From Octopus bimaculoides (Eukaryota), in the NCBI RefSeq assembly GCF_001194135.2, contig NC_069006.1, positions 164,389-228,388 of the forward strand: DNA of 64,000 nucleotides. Direction: 5' to 3'. Positions 11,301 through 24,411 of the stretch are shown here, piece after piece. Within the stretch, counting starts at the first letter, position 1. Each line of letters begins with the position of its first letter. Position numbers and translations under genes: made by a program. The notes below the pieces were generated by a model. That model saw only the letters and a program-made list of their open reading frames with translations. It was not told the DNA's origin and did no database searches.

Positions 11301-14300
11301 CCAGGCTCTGTGGTACAAACATCTTGTTTTCAAGAGTTCTGAATTAAAATCTTCCATTGAAACTTTGGACAGGTAAAGGCATTGGTCAGCCTGGGGCTAT
11401 AGTAGAAGACACCCATTAATCCTTTAGCATTCAGATCCCTCTCTGTCAAATATAATGCTTAATTATTCACATTATTTTGAATTAATCCTGTATTATCTCA
11501 TAGCTCCGAGATTTCAATGATGTAATTGAGAGAGGCCAGAACTGGCTGGTCGGACCATTAAGATGGTTAGAATATTTGGGTTGGATATGACTGGTTTAAC
11601 CCTTTAGCATTGAGATTACTCTGTCAAATGTATTATTTATCCACCTAGTTTTAATTTAATTATGCATTATCTCATAGCTCCAAGATTTCAATGATGTAAT
11701 TGCTCATTTTTTGAGAGTAACATTGTAAGTTAGATCTGACTGGTCTGATACGGCCAGTTTAAACGTTAAAGCGTTAGATTATCTCCCCTTCTAATTTACA
11801 GCTGGCACCAACTGTCACTAAGTGATTGGTCTATCCTCTCTGGCAGTAGTGAGGATTTCAATTAACCAAGAAGTTACCTTGTATGTTATTTAATATACCT
11901 TTATTTCGATATATAGTTGTTCAAATATATGCCACTGGCCACTCCTCTGAGTTGCTTTGCTTAACTTATTTTTGTTTTGAATATAAAGCTTAGAAGATAA
12001 GGAAGTGTATTTGTATGTAGGTGGAGCCACATTGTAATTATCAATTTTAACAACAATCAAACAGTTAATTACACAAATAGAATAACAATATAATTACTTA
12101 ACCCTTTTGATATCAACCTGCCTAAGACCACTCCTGGTTTTACAATAGAAATCTTCCATTTTAAAGCAATTGAAATCAAAGCCTCTCATCAGTCTTTCAA
12201 AGACTAATTAACAATAACAGTTATTTTACTAATTTCTTCATTATTTTCAAAATTAATTGAAACAAAGGCAGTGTGTTTCAACAGAAATCCGACAACAAAA
12301 GCATTAAATTGGTCAAAATTAAAATCTTCATTCAAGACTTTGAGTCAATTTAGGCTTCAAAGACCAAATTTTGTCACTAAATTTTCTTATTTTTGAAAAT
12401 CAATTTAAACAAAAACATTTTGTTTCAATAGAAATAGATTAACAAAAAAGTAAAATTTAAAACCAGATTAATTGCAATAAAAATGAGTTAAATTAATTAG
12501 AGAAGATGAAAGAAATTTAAAACAGTGGAAGCAAAATAAATCGGGCAAAATTCATAGAAAATATTAATCCAAGGAATACAAGTTTAGACATTCATCTTAA
12601 GCACAAGGTAGGGTTACGTGGTCTACTTTGCAACTACTTCATCTCAGGTTCAATCCCACTGCGTGGCAAATGTTATGTTCTATAGTCTCAAGTTGATTAA
12701 TAACTTGAAGCCTTCCATATATATAAGTGCACACACACAAACATACATTTTATATATATATANNNNNNNNNNNNNNNNNNNNNNNNNNNNNNNNNNNNNN
12801 NNNNNNNNNNNNNNNNNNNNNNNNNNNNNNNNNNNNNNNNNNNNNNNNNNNNNNNNNNNNNNNNNNNNNNNNNNNNNNNNNNNNNNNNNNNNNNNNNNNN
12901 NNNNNNNNNNNNNNNNNNNNNNNNNNNNNNNNNNNNNNNNNNNNNNNNNNNNNNNNNNNNNNNNNNNNNNNNNNNNNNNNNNNNNNNNNNAAATTAAGCA
13001 AAAATGAAAATAACACTGTCATCTCATTTTAATGGATATATTTCCCAAAATTACATAAAAAATATCTTGAAATACTAAAGAGTAAATTTATTCAATAAAA
13101 TCGTCATTGGCTTCAACTATGGTCTCTAGATGACTTTGTAATCTCTTGCAACTCTTCTGGATGGTACCCTTGTTTAAGTTGGTGAATGCTGCCATAATCC
13201 TTGCTTTCTGTTCATCTTTGGTGTTACAAGGAGTTTTGTTGGAGCCTTGCTCAACTGTGACCCACACATAATAATCAAGGGGGTTGCAGTCTGGGGAGTT
13301 AAGTGGCTAGATGTTAGGGGTGATGTGGTTGAAGAAATCGTCTGACAGCCAGGACTGGGTTCTCCTGCTTCTGTGGCATGGTGCAGAGTCCTGTTGCCAG
13401 ACAAAGGGTCTTCCAGCAGCCACCTTCTTGACCCAGGGCAGCACTACCTTCTTCCAGGCCCTTGATGTAGGCCTCTGTGTTGAGTGTGAGGTCGTGTGGG
13501 GTGATGAGTGGACGCATAACGTTGCCATCACTAGTGACCACTCCAAACACCTTTGTAATCACCATTAGACTCCTCCAACTCTTACCAAATCCTCTGAACT
13601 CTCCCCAGACTGACACCCAAATACTCTGAAATGTTCATATTGGAGCTTCTGGCACGAATGCCAAACAGTATAGCATGTCATTTCCAAATTTCTGGCAGAG
13701 CGAATTATATCATGGTGCTGGTTTTCTCACAGACAGTGCCCAACTGACCCTACCATACTGTGTAGTCGACAAAATCAAAAACAATGCGCATGCGCAAAAT
13801 TAAAAGTATAAAATGGGGACAATTTACCCAACCCATCACACACTGTATATATACATATATAAATACATATACCATCATCATTGTTTAACGTCCCTCTTTN
13901 NNNNNNNNNNNNNNNNNNNNNNNNNNNNNNNNNNNNNNNNNNNNNNNNNNNNNNNNNNNNNNNNNNNNNNNNNNNNNNNNNNNNNNNNNNNNNNNNNNNN
14001 NNNNNNNNNNNNNNNNNNNNNNNNNNNNNNNNNNNNNNNNNNNNNNNNNNNNNNNNNNNNNNNNNNNNNNNNNNNNNNNNNNNNNNNNNNNNNNNNNNNN
14101 NNNNNNNNNNNNNNNNNNNNNNNNNNNNNNNNNNNNNNNNNNNNNNNNNNNNNNNNNNNNNNNNNNNNNNNNNNNNNNNNNNNNNNNNNNNNNNNNNNNN
14201 NNNNNNNNNNNNNNNNNNNNNNNNGTCACTAACATCTAACATTGAAGTTGTTGTTGTTTTAGTTGTAGAATTGTACCAAGAACTGCTGTCTGCTTTGGCA

Positions 14301-14487
14301 CCGTTTCTATGGCTGGGATGCCCTTTCTAATGCCAATCACTTTACAGGATGTACTGGGTACCCCCCCCCATTTTTTTTTTTACGTACCACCACAAGTAGC
14401 AGTGAGGTTCCCATGTAACTTACAAGACAAAACCCCCTCAATTGAGCAGGGGAGTAATATCAGGGATTAGAAGAGAAACATAGATGC

Positions 14488-14529
<42 letters not shown>

Positions 14530-17500
14530 TAACCCTTTTGATACCAATCCAGCTGAAACCACCCCTGGCCCTGCAGAACAAATGTCTTGTTTTCACAAGT
14601 TTTGAATTAAAATATTCCACCAAACCTTAGTCACAATTTATGTTCGTAACACTAGCTTAATGATAACGAAGTTACTTTACTAAATTCTTATATTTAAAAT
14701 TAATTAAAAGAAGCACAGAACATCTCAACAGAAATATGGTAACGAAAGGGTTAATAAACATGTACTAAAAAGAATTGAGTGATTCTTCAGTTTAACATTA
14801 AATTGTTTTTATAAATAATTTTACCAGGTTCCAGTCTGATTTGGTACGTCCAGCCATAGTGACCAAACCAAATCAGACTGGAACCTGGTGCAGCTCTCCA
14901 ACTTATCAGCTCCAGTCAAACCTTCTAACCCATGCCAGCATGGAGAATGGATGGTAAATGATGATGATGATCACACACACACAAGTTTCTTTCTGTTCCC
15001 ATCTACCAAATCCATTAACAAGGCTCTGGTCACCTTGCCCAAGATGCCACACAGTGGGATTGAACCTAAGACCACAGTGTTAGGAAGCAAGCTTCTGAAC
15101 CAGACAGCCATGCCTGCGTCTATAGATCAAACATAATAAAGCAACATAAAAAAAAAAGAGAGAGAAAGAGAAGGAAAGAAAACATTAAAGCAAACAAATT
15201 TTCTTTTAGGGTTTCAAATCAGTGCCCTTCTCATCACCNNNNNNNNNNNNNNNNNNNNNNNNNNNNNNNNNNNNNNNNNNNNNNNNNNNNNNNNNNNNNN
15301 NNNNNNNNNNNNNNNNNNNNNNNNNNNNNNNNNNNNNNNNNNNNNNNNNNNNNNNNNNNNNNNNNNNNNNNNNNNNNNNNNNNNNNNNNNNNNNNNNNNN
15401 NNNNNNNNNNNNNNNNNNNNNNNNNNNNNNNNNNNNNNNNNNNNNNNNNNNNNNAAGGAGGTAAGAAGAGTTTTAGTAGAGAGTAGACAGAGTGTTGATG
15501 AGGTGAGGGGGAAGAGGCTGGCTTTTGTTTTTGTTTTTACCTGTGATTTTCTGTCGTGTTTCTACCACTGGTTTGCTCAACACACGAGAGCAACGTCCAT
15601 GCATGTTGCGGCCCAGCATCTCCTCGACGTATGAATACAACTCCTAAAAGGGGGGGAGCAGTGACAGAAACAAAGATTCACGTTACATTCTTGATGTTGA
15701 TGTTGTTGAAGTTATTGTTGTTGAGAAGTCCTGCACTGTTGTTGTTGTTGTTGTTGTTCTAAGTGTTTAGCCCTGGGTTAGATTTGGTCGAGCAAACCCC
15801 AAAATGCTTCTGACGCTCAAACCAGATCAAAAATGTTCAGACCAGCACTGACTGTACCGTTTTTTGATTTAGACATAGTCTATCTAAGACTACACTATCT
15901 AATGCGTCCTCTCTTGTTCAAGCCCTGATCCAGAAGACCTATAATCAAAGGTGTTCCAGTCATGACCATCCCATCATTTATTTAGACATTGTGTATCTTG
16001 GACTACATTATCAAATGTATCCTTCCCTGTAATTAGTCAGTCCTGTGATCAAAGTTGCTCTAACCATGACCGTCCCACCTTTTACATATAAATATAGCAA
16101 GGACCATACAGCATCCAATGTGTCCATCTCCTTATGGTTATTTAGTTCCAGGTCAGCTTTGATACAGCAAAGCTATGATCAAAGACGCTCCAACCATGAC
16201 TATCACATCTTATCCAAAGCATGTTTACTTTTTTTTTTTTTTTTTACGACAGAAAGACAGGGTTTAAGAGAGAGATTTGACTGCTATTTCTAGCAGACCA
16301 TGCAACAACATAAAGATCCCCTCTCTCATCACACACATTGGCTTGATTAACATATCTGAACCTGTGAAATGGATGAACCCCACTTTGGGTCCCTCACCAT
16401 GAAAATATAGCAGTCACTCTACCACAGCTTTGTCAGTAGATTTGGTAGACGGAAACTGAAAGAAGCCCTTTTGTATGTGTGTGTGTGTGTTACTGTCTGC
16501 TTGCTTTGACATTGCTTGATGACTGTAAACGAGTGTCACTGTTGTGCAGGTGGTATCCTTCATGTCCAATCTTCTGTGAAAAGCATTTCTAACATAAGTT
16601 ATTTACATTTGACGGATATTTGTCCTCATCTTGTTTGTTGTTAACACAACGTTTCGGCTGATATACCCTCCAGCCTTCTTCAGGTGTCTTGGGGGAAATT
16701 TCGAACCTGGGTTCTCATTCCTAAGGTATATTTCGATGTTGTTATTATTATTATTATTATTATTCAGGTCACTGCCTGGAATCGAACTCAGAATCTTGGG
16801 GTTAGTAGTCTGTACTCTTAACCACAACACCACAGGCACATGGTGTAGTGGTTAAGAGCACAGGTTGCTAACCCCAAGATTCTGAGTTCGATTCCAAGCA
16901 GTGACCTGAACAATAATAATAATAATAACATTGAAAAATACCTTAGGAATGAGAACCCAGGTTCGAAATTTCCCCAAGACGTCTGATGAAGGCTGGAGGG
17001 TCTATCAGCCGAAACGTTGTGTTAACAAACAAGAGGAGGACAAATATCCGTCAATTGTAAATAATGTACATAATTCCTCATCTCTTAAATATAGAACTGC
17101 ATTTCTAACATGTCTAGTCAAGGAAAAATATTACCTTGCTTGGGAAACAACTGAGGGTTGGTGACAGGAAGGGCATCCCAGTCATACTCTGTCTGACCCA
17201 TGCGAGCATGGAAAAGTGGATGTTAAACTAATTATATACTGGCACTCTGTTGGTAATGATAAGCCCACTCGTGTAATTAACGTGAAAGTGGCCAAGCACT
17301 CCACAGACACGCGTACACTTAATGTAGTTCTCAGGGAGATTTCAGTGTGACAAGACTGGCCCTCTTGAAATACAGGTGACAACTTGTTTTTGCCAGCTGA
17401 GGGGAGTGGAGCAATGTGAAATAAAGTGACTTTCTCAAGGACACACTCAAATCACATCACCACCCCACTGTCTTGAAAAGGAAAGCAATAGAACTGGACA

Positions 17501-20040
17501 AGGTAGCCCTGGTTTGCTAGTGGTCAAGATGGCCAGAGTTAGAAGGTCTTTGATCATTGGTCTGCTTAAGTTAGACCTGACCTCAAGAAGAGCAGGGGCA
17601 AACAGCAGCAGCCCCCCACCACCACATGTAAGGGCCTAAAGTCACTAAGTATGTATTATTCGATAGCCTGTTCCTTTGTTATTGTCATCTCTCAAAGAAA
17701 TGATTTATAAAAGAAAAATAAATAATAAAAATTAGGAAAAATAAAGCATTAAAAAAAAGTGCAACAGCAACAGCAACAACAACAACAGCAACAACAACAA
17801 CAACAGCAACATCATGCAATGTTGAATTATTTTCAAATTAAACAATCCTGCTTCAAAATAACAAAATAATATAAATAATTAAAATAATTAAAATAAAATA
17901 AAGACCAGAACAACAGCAACAACAAGAACTGGTATGTGTACCTAAGTGCACAGGCGCCGGGGATGGCGGGGGGGGCAATAAACAGCAAACAAACAAATAA
18001 AAAAGATGTAGATAAAACANNNNNNNNNNAGTGTGCCATGAACAAACCTTTGACCTCTCTCCTCTTTTCTCCCTCATAAATGGTTACCACTGAATAAGAC
18101 CACTGCCACCAGATGTCTCTGACATATAAAGGTCAAGTCAGGTCAAGTTGGGGTCAAGTAGAGGCAAGTCTGCTTTCAAATTTTAGTGCATTTAGTCAGG
18201 GATGAGATGGGTTTTGTGTATATGGATGAGTGTGTGTGTGTATTTAATGTTGCCTTTTATTCTTTTACTTGTTTCCATCATTTTGACTGAGGCCATGTTG
18301 GAGCACCTTTTAGTTGAAAAAATAAACCCAACGACTTATTCTTTGTCTCTATCAGTCTCTTAGGATGAACCACTAAGTTACAGGGACATAAACAAACCAG
18401 CACAGACATACAAACACACACACACACATATATATATGTATGTATGATAGGCTTCTTTCAGTTTCCGTCTACCAAATCCACTCACAAGGCTTTGGTGAGC
18501 CTGGAGTTATAGTAGAAGACACTCACCCAAGGTGTCACACAGTGTGATTGAACCTGGAACCATGTGATTGGGAAGCAAGCTTCTTACCACACAGCCACAC
18601 CTGCNNNNNNNNNNAATGTGTATATGTCTTTAAAATGTGTGTTTCATGTAAGTGTATTTAAAATGTTTTTAAAGTGATTTTCAGTATAAGTAATGTGCAT
18701 ATTCTTTTAGTCTTTTACTTGGCCATGCTAGAGCACCGCCTTAAAGAGTTTTAGTTGAAGAAATCGATCCCAGGACTTACTCTGTTTTTTTTTTAGTGAG
18801 GTGCTTATCCTATCGGTCTCTTTTGCCGAACTGCTAAATTACAGGGACATAAACACGCCAACATAAATACACACACACATATATAAAGGGCTTCTTTCAG
18901 TTTCTGTCTACCAAATCCACTCACAAGGGATTTTGTCACCCAAAGTCAGAAGGGAAAAAGGGAAAAGGGGATGTTAAACCAAGCGACAAATTATGTCAAG
19001 GAACATTGGTTGGCAGTGGTGATAAAAGTGGCAGGGTGCCAGAGGCATGCGTGTGTGCGCATGTGCATGGGTGCTGCACCAGAGAGCAGTCCAGGTGAGG
19101 GGTCGGAGGTCGGTTGCTTACCTGTCATATACAAATCCATGTTGCCCATCCCTCGAAAGACAGATGCTGTGCAACGGCCAACCATGTTTCGGCAAAGGGT
19201 TGACTCAAGATGGCTGTGAAGGTCCTGGACAGTGGCAATAGTAGGAGTAGTAGTAGTAGTAGTAGTAGTAGTATTGGTGGGAGAGAATAATTGGTTGAGT
19301 TATAGAAGACATCAGAGAAACAGAAAATAGGAGAGGAAGAGAGAAAGAAAGAGAGAGAAGAGTGAATGAGAGGACAATGAGAGAGAGAGAGATGTTATTC
19401 TTTTTTTGCTTTTGTTTCAGTCACTGGACTGTGGCTGTGCGGGAAAACCCACCTTGAAGGGCTCAGTCAAACAAACTGGCCTCAGCACTTCTTTCAGTGC
19501 CTTCTGCTGAACCTCAAAGTTACAAGGACATAAGCAACAAACACTGGTAGTCAAGTGATGAGTGGGTGGACAAGCAAACACACACACACACACACACATA
19601 TATATATGTGTCGAGCTTCCACACAGTTTCTGTCTATGAAATTCACTTACAATGAATTGGTTGGCCCGGGGCTATAATAGAAGACACTTGCCCAAGGTGT
19701 CATGCAGTGGGACTGAACCTGAAACCACATGGTTTGCAAACTAGGCTTCTTAGCCACAAAGCCATGTCTAAGCCTGTACATTATATATATATATATATAT
19801 ATATANNNNNNNNNNNNNNNNNNNNNNNNNNNNNNNNNNNNNNNNNNNNNNNNNNNNNNNNNNNNNNNNNNNNNNNNNNNNNNNNNNNNNNNNNNNNNNN
19901 NNNNNNNNNNNNNNNNNNNNNNNNNNNNNNNNNNNNNNNNNNNNNNNNNNNNNNNNNNNNNNNNNNNNNNNNNNNNNNNNNNNNNNNNNNNNNNGAACAG
20001 GTGCCCCCAGGGCTCGTATATCTGTGGATTCCTATCTATC

Positions 20041-20091
<51 letters not shown>

Positions 20092-20976
20092 TATTAGAGA
20101 GTAAAAGTAGAAAAAATTATATCATAAAAATTAACAGTAGAGATAAGTCCATAATATAAACAATATTAATAAATAAATATATAAAGTATAGCTATGATCA
20201 TTTAAAAAGATTTGAGAGATCTTACGATCGTTCCATGAATATACTAAGCTTTCGAAATGAAATCCAAACTTGATAACCATTCTTAGGAAGTATATCCACT
20301 CATCAGAGAAAAGGATGAATTTCAGTGGAGTCAATTGAATGATAGAAAGGCTATTTAAAATCTTATAATAAAGGTGTTGTTTGTTTATATTGTGGACGTA
20401 TATCTTCTGTGATTTTTTTTTATGTAGCTTTTTCTATTTTTACTCTCTAATATATAATCGCTCTAATTGAATCTCTAAATACCTTTTTAAGGTTTTAGAC
20501 ATTTCTCATATCAAGAGCACATATCTGAAACCTAGTACCCTTTATTTTCAAAGACATATTTGATTAACTCTCTCTCATATATATATATATATATATTGAC
20601 ATTGATAAAACTATCAGGATTGTTAGAATGCTTAGCAACATTTCTTCTGAATTTACATTCTGAGTTCAAATGTAGTTGGGGGTTGACTTTGCCTTTCCTC
20701 CCTCTGAGGTTGATAAAATAAGTATCAACCAAATGCCGAGGGTTGATGAATTGACTTGCACCCCACCATGAAAATTATTGACCCTGTGTCAAAATCTGAA
20801 GCCAGTATATACATATATATGTATATTCATTTATTCTTTTACTTGTTTCAGTGCTGGAGCACTGCCTTTAGTCGAACAAACTGACCCCAGGACTTATTTT
20901 CTGTAAGCCTAGTACTTATTCTATCAGTCTCTTTTGCTGGAGTTACAGGGATGTAAACACACAAATATATACACAC

Positions 20977-21031
<55 letters not shown>

Positions 21032-21188
21032 TGTGACGGGCTTCTTTCAGTTTCCATCTACCAATTCCACTCACAAGGCCTTGGTTGGCCTCAGGCTGTA
21101 GTGAAAGACATTTGCTCTAGGTGCCATACAGTGGAACTGAACGAAGAACCATGTGGTTGGGAAACTAGCTTCTAACCACACAGCCATG

Positions 21189-21257
<69 letters not shown>

Positions 21258-22377
21258 ATTATTGATGGATAAGGCTCAAAGGCTGTATAGAAGGAGTACC
21301 CTTTGTTGAGTGATGTGCCTTAAGCAACTTTTTCTCAAGGACTGGCCGTCACACTCTCACACTCCAAGGTGATCAGTCATGTTCAGGAAAAGATCTGAGC
21401 CGGATTTTGTAGCCAGACCAACCCAGCTAAAACCTGTTCTCACCGATCTGGACACATCTAAGGGTATACCTTGAAAAAATAGCCAAAGTCTCCAGCAACA
21501 CAACAAGCAAATGAAGACCTTTGATTTTAATGGCTGAAATGGTATAAGAGGGCAATTCCAGATGGCCTGGCCACAAGTGTGCAGATCAAGCAACACCTGG
21601 GTTGACGCCAGTTTTGCTGATTGATTTTGTGCATCACATTTAAGTTGTGCTGCAGAGGATGTCTTTGAGACCAGAGTGTGTGGATCACTTCCTGGAGAGA
21701 CTGGATCCAACCTAATCAAAACCATGTCATTGGTATTACTTCATTGATCTGCTCTCATCGAAATATAGTGAAGAAAGGAAACAGAGATGAGGAGAAGGAG
21801 CCGATGAAAGAGTGATACTGAGAGAGAGGGGCAGACAGACTATCGGATGGATACATGGGTAGATGGACAAACAGACAGACTGATAGATTGAAGAAGAAAG
21901 AGATTTGTGAAAAGATGAACAGACATAAGTAGACAGTATGCATCACTTACTTTCTTGTAGATATTCAACATGAGCATATCTGGATGGAAAGGTCGATCAA
22001 ACTCATCAACCACAATAGAAAGCCGATGAATTTCTTCGTTAAGTGCACTGCCCACCTTTATTGGCAGATGGAAGAGAAAAGAAAAAATGCAATTAGTCAT
22101 TAATATCAAGTCAGTCATAAATGCTTAATGAATTACAACAGATTTGGGAAAAGACATAAGCGTACATTTATGGTTGCTGCAAACGGGAGAGTTGAGGGGG
22201 TTGATTTGGTGGGGGTCATTTGATTATTGTTTAGTTGAAAACCTCTCATATCCAGCCCCACTGGAGATGTCTTGGCATTGCACACTTATTTGGCATCAGA
22301 CGATTTAATGTTTCTCTCCCTCTCTCCACCTTCTCACTCCTTATCTGTCTCTCTCTCTCTCTTTTATGTGTATGAGC

Positions 22378-22446
<69 letters not shown>

Positions 22447-24379
22447 GCAAAGCGGGTGAGTTCCTTTTCAGCAGTGTGCCTCACAGAAGCAAAGTGGCTG
22501 ATTTCATTTCCAGTGTTGGGCCCCATGGAGGCAAAGTGGCCAAGTTCCTTTCGAGTGTTGGGCCTCACAGAGGCACCGACCGAGACCTTTGGCATTATGT
22601 CATGCTTGAGAAGAAGACCCACCAAGCAGTTGGGGCAGATACCAATGTCACATGAATAGGTATCTGTGCTGGTGGCATGTAAAAGCACCCATTGGTCTGC
22701 CTGAGTGGTTGGCATTAGGAAGGGCATCCAGCCATAGAAAACCATGCCAAATGAGACTGGAGTCTGGTGCAACTCATACCAGCATAGACAACAGATGATG
22801 ATGATATATATATATGCATAGATACACACACAGATGGGCTTCATCACAGTTTCTGCCTACCAATTCCATTTGTAAGCTTTTGGCCAGCCAACACTATAGT
22901 AGAAGACACTTGCCCAAGGTACCACATAGTGGGACTGAACCTGGAACCATGTGGTTGGAAAGCCATGCCTGCACCTATTCCTATCTCCAGTGTTATCACC
23001 TCCTCCTGTGCATTCCTATTCTCCTTACATTTCTCCTCTAACCATAACTCACCACTGCCCACGCCTTCATTCACACTCCTGCAAACCTTCTTACTCACTC
23101 GGCCATCCTCAATTCTCTCTCTCTCTTTCTCTCCATCACAGAGTCAACTTCCCAGCGTCTGCTGCAACTCATTCACAGCTGAGTGGACTGGGGCAACATG
23201 AAGGGTTTTACTCAAGATCCCCATGGTAACACTTGATTTGGGAATTGAAACTTTGATCTGATGATTGCAACTACAACATCCTAACTGCCGGACCTCACTC
23301 CTTTACATAACGGTTGTGTGTACATCAGTGGTTCTCAAAGTGGGCAGTATTGCCCTCCCCCCAGCAGCAAAAGTTCCAAAGGGGCGTTGAAGAAAAGTGG
23401 GGTGGTGATGGGGTCACGCTTCATATAAAAACAACAAAAATAATGGGTTCATTAGGTGAAATTTATATTGTGAAATAGAGTTGCTTTGAAAGGGGTCTAT
23501 TTTTTTTGTGATGGNNNNNNNNNNTAGAGTTGCTTTGAAAGGGGTCTATTTCTTTTGTGATGGTTAGTTGAGGTAGGGGCCGTAGGTATGTGGCCTGGGT
23601 GTCAAAGGGACGGGTTTGGGAACCACTGGTGTACACCATCATTATCATTTAATGTCTGGGTTCCATGCTGGGTTGGATGACTTGACAGGATCCAATGTGT
23701 CCAAGAACTGCATCAAGCTCCAATGTCGGGGGGGGGGGGAATTGGATGCTTCTTTACATGCCACTTGCACAACTGAGGCCACCGTGTAGTTCACAAAACT
23801 ACGAGCCCTGNNNNNNNNNNNNNNNNNNNNNNNNNNNNNNNNNNNNNNNNNNNNNNNNNNNNNNNNNNNNNNNNNNNNNNNNNNNNNNNNNNNNNNNNNN
23901 NNNNNNNNNNNNNNNNNNNNNNNNNNNNNNNNNNNNNNNNNNNNNNNNNNNNNNNNNNNNNNNNNNNNNNNNNNNNNNNNNNNNNNNNNNNNNNNNNNNN
24001 NNNNNNNNNNNNNNNNNNNNNNNNNNNNNNNNNNNNNNNNNNNNNNNNNNNNNNNNNNNNNNNNNNNNNNNNNNNNNNNNNNNNNNNNNNNNNNNNNNNN
24101 NNNNNNNNNNNNNNNNNNNNNNNNNNNNNNNNNNNNNNNNNNNNNNNNNNNNNNNNNNNNNNNNNTGTATATATATATATATATGCATGTGTGTGTGTGT
24201 GTGTGTGTGTGCATGTATCCCACCACCACTTGACAACTAGTGTTGGTGGGCTTACGTCACTGTAACCTAGCAGCCTGGCAAAAAAAGGGCCTGGCTTGCC
24301 AGCCCCTGTCGAACCATCCAAGCCATGCCAGGGTGGAAAATGGCAAGAAGAAGAAGGAGAAGGAGAAGGAGAAGGAGAA

Positions 24380-24411
<32 letters not shown>

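Larger units (their letters stand above)
16596..17098. mobile_element. Palindromic element with two divergent tRNA-like heads, two hammerhead motifs and a 12-13 bp TSD
   Basis: Inverted arms 16599-16832 and 16841-17064; flanking GCATTTCTAACAT at 16583-16595 and 17099-17111. Confidence 0.85.

Noticed and set aside
16841-16905. Possible tRNA genes here and at many SINE heads
   Set aside because: A and B boxes are present but there is no intact cloverleaf or acceptor stem; they are tRNA-derived heads fused to repeat bodies.
22056-22058. Non-YAG (AAG) acceptor of coding exon 11 and weak GTCTAC donor of exon 9
   Set aside because: Both are within normal U2 splice-site variation, and the reading frame and exon sizes support them.
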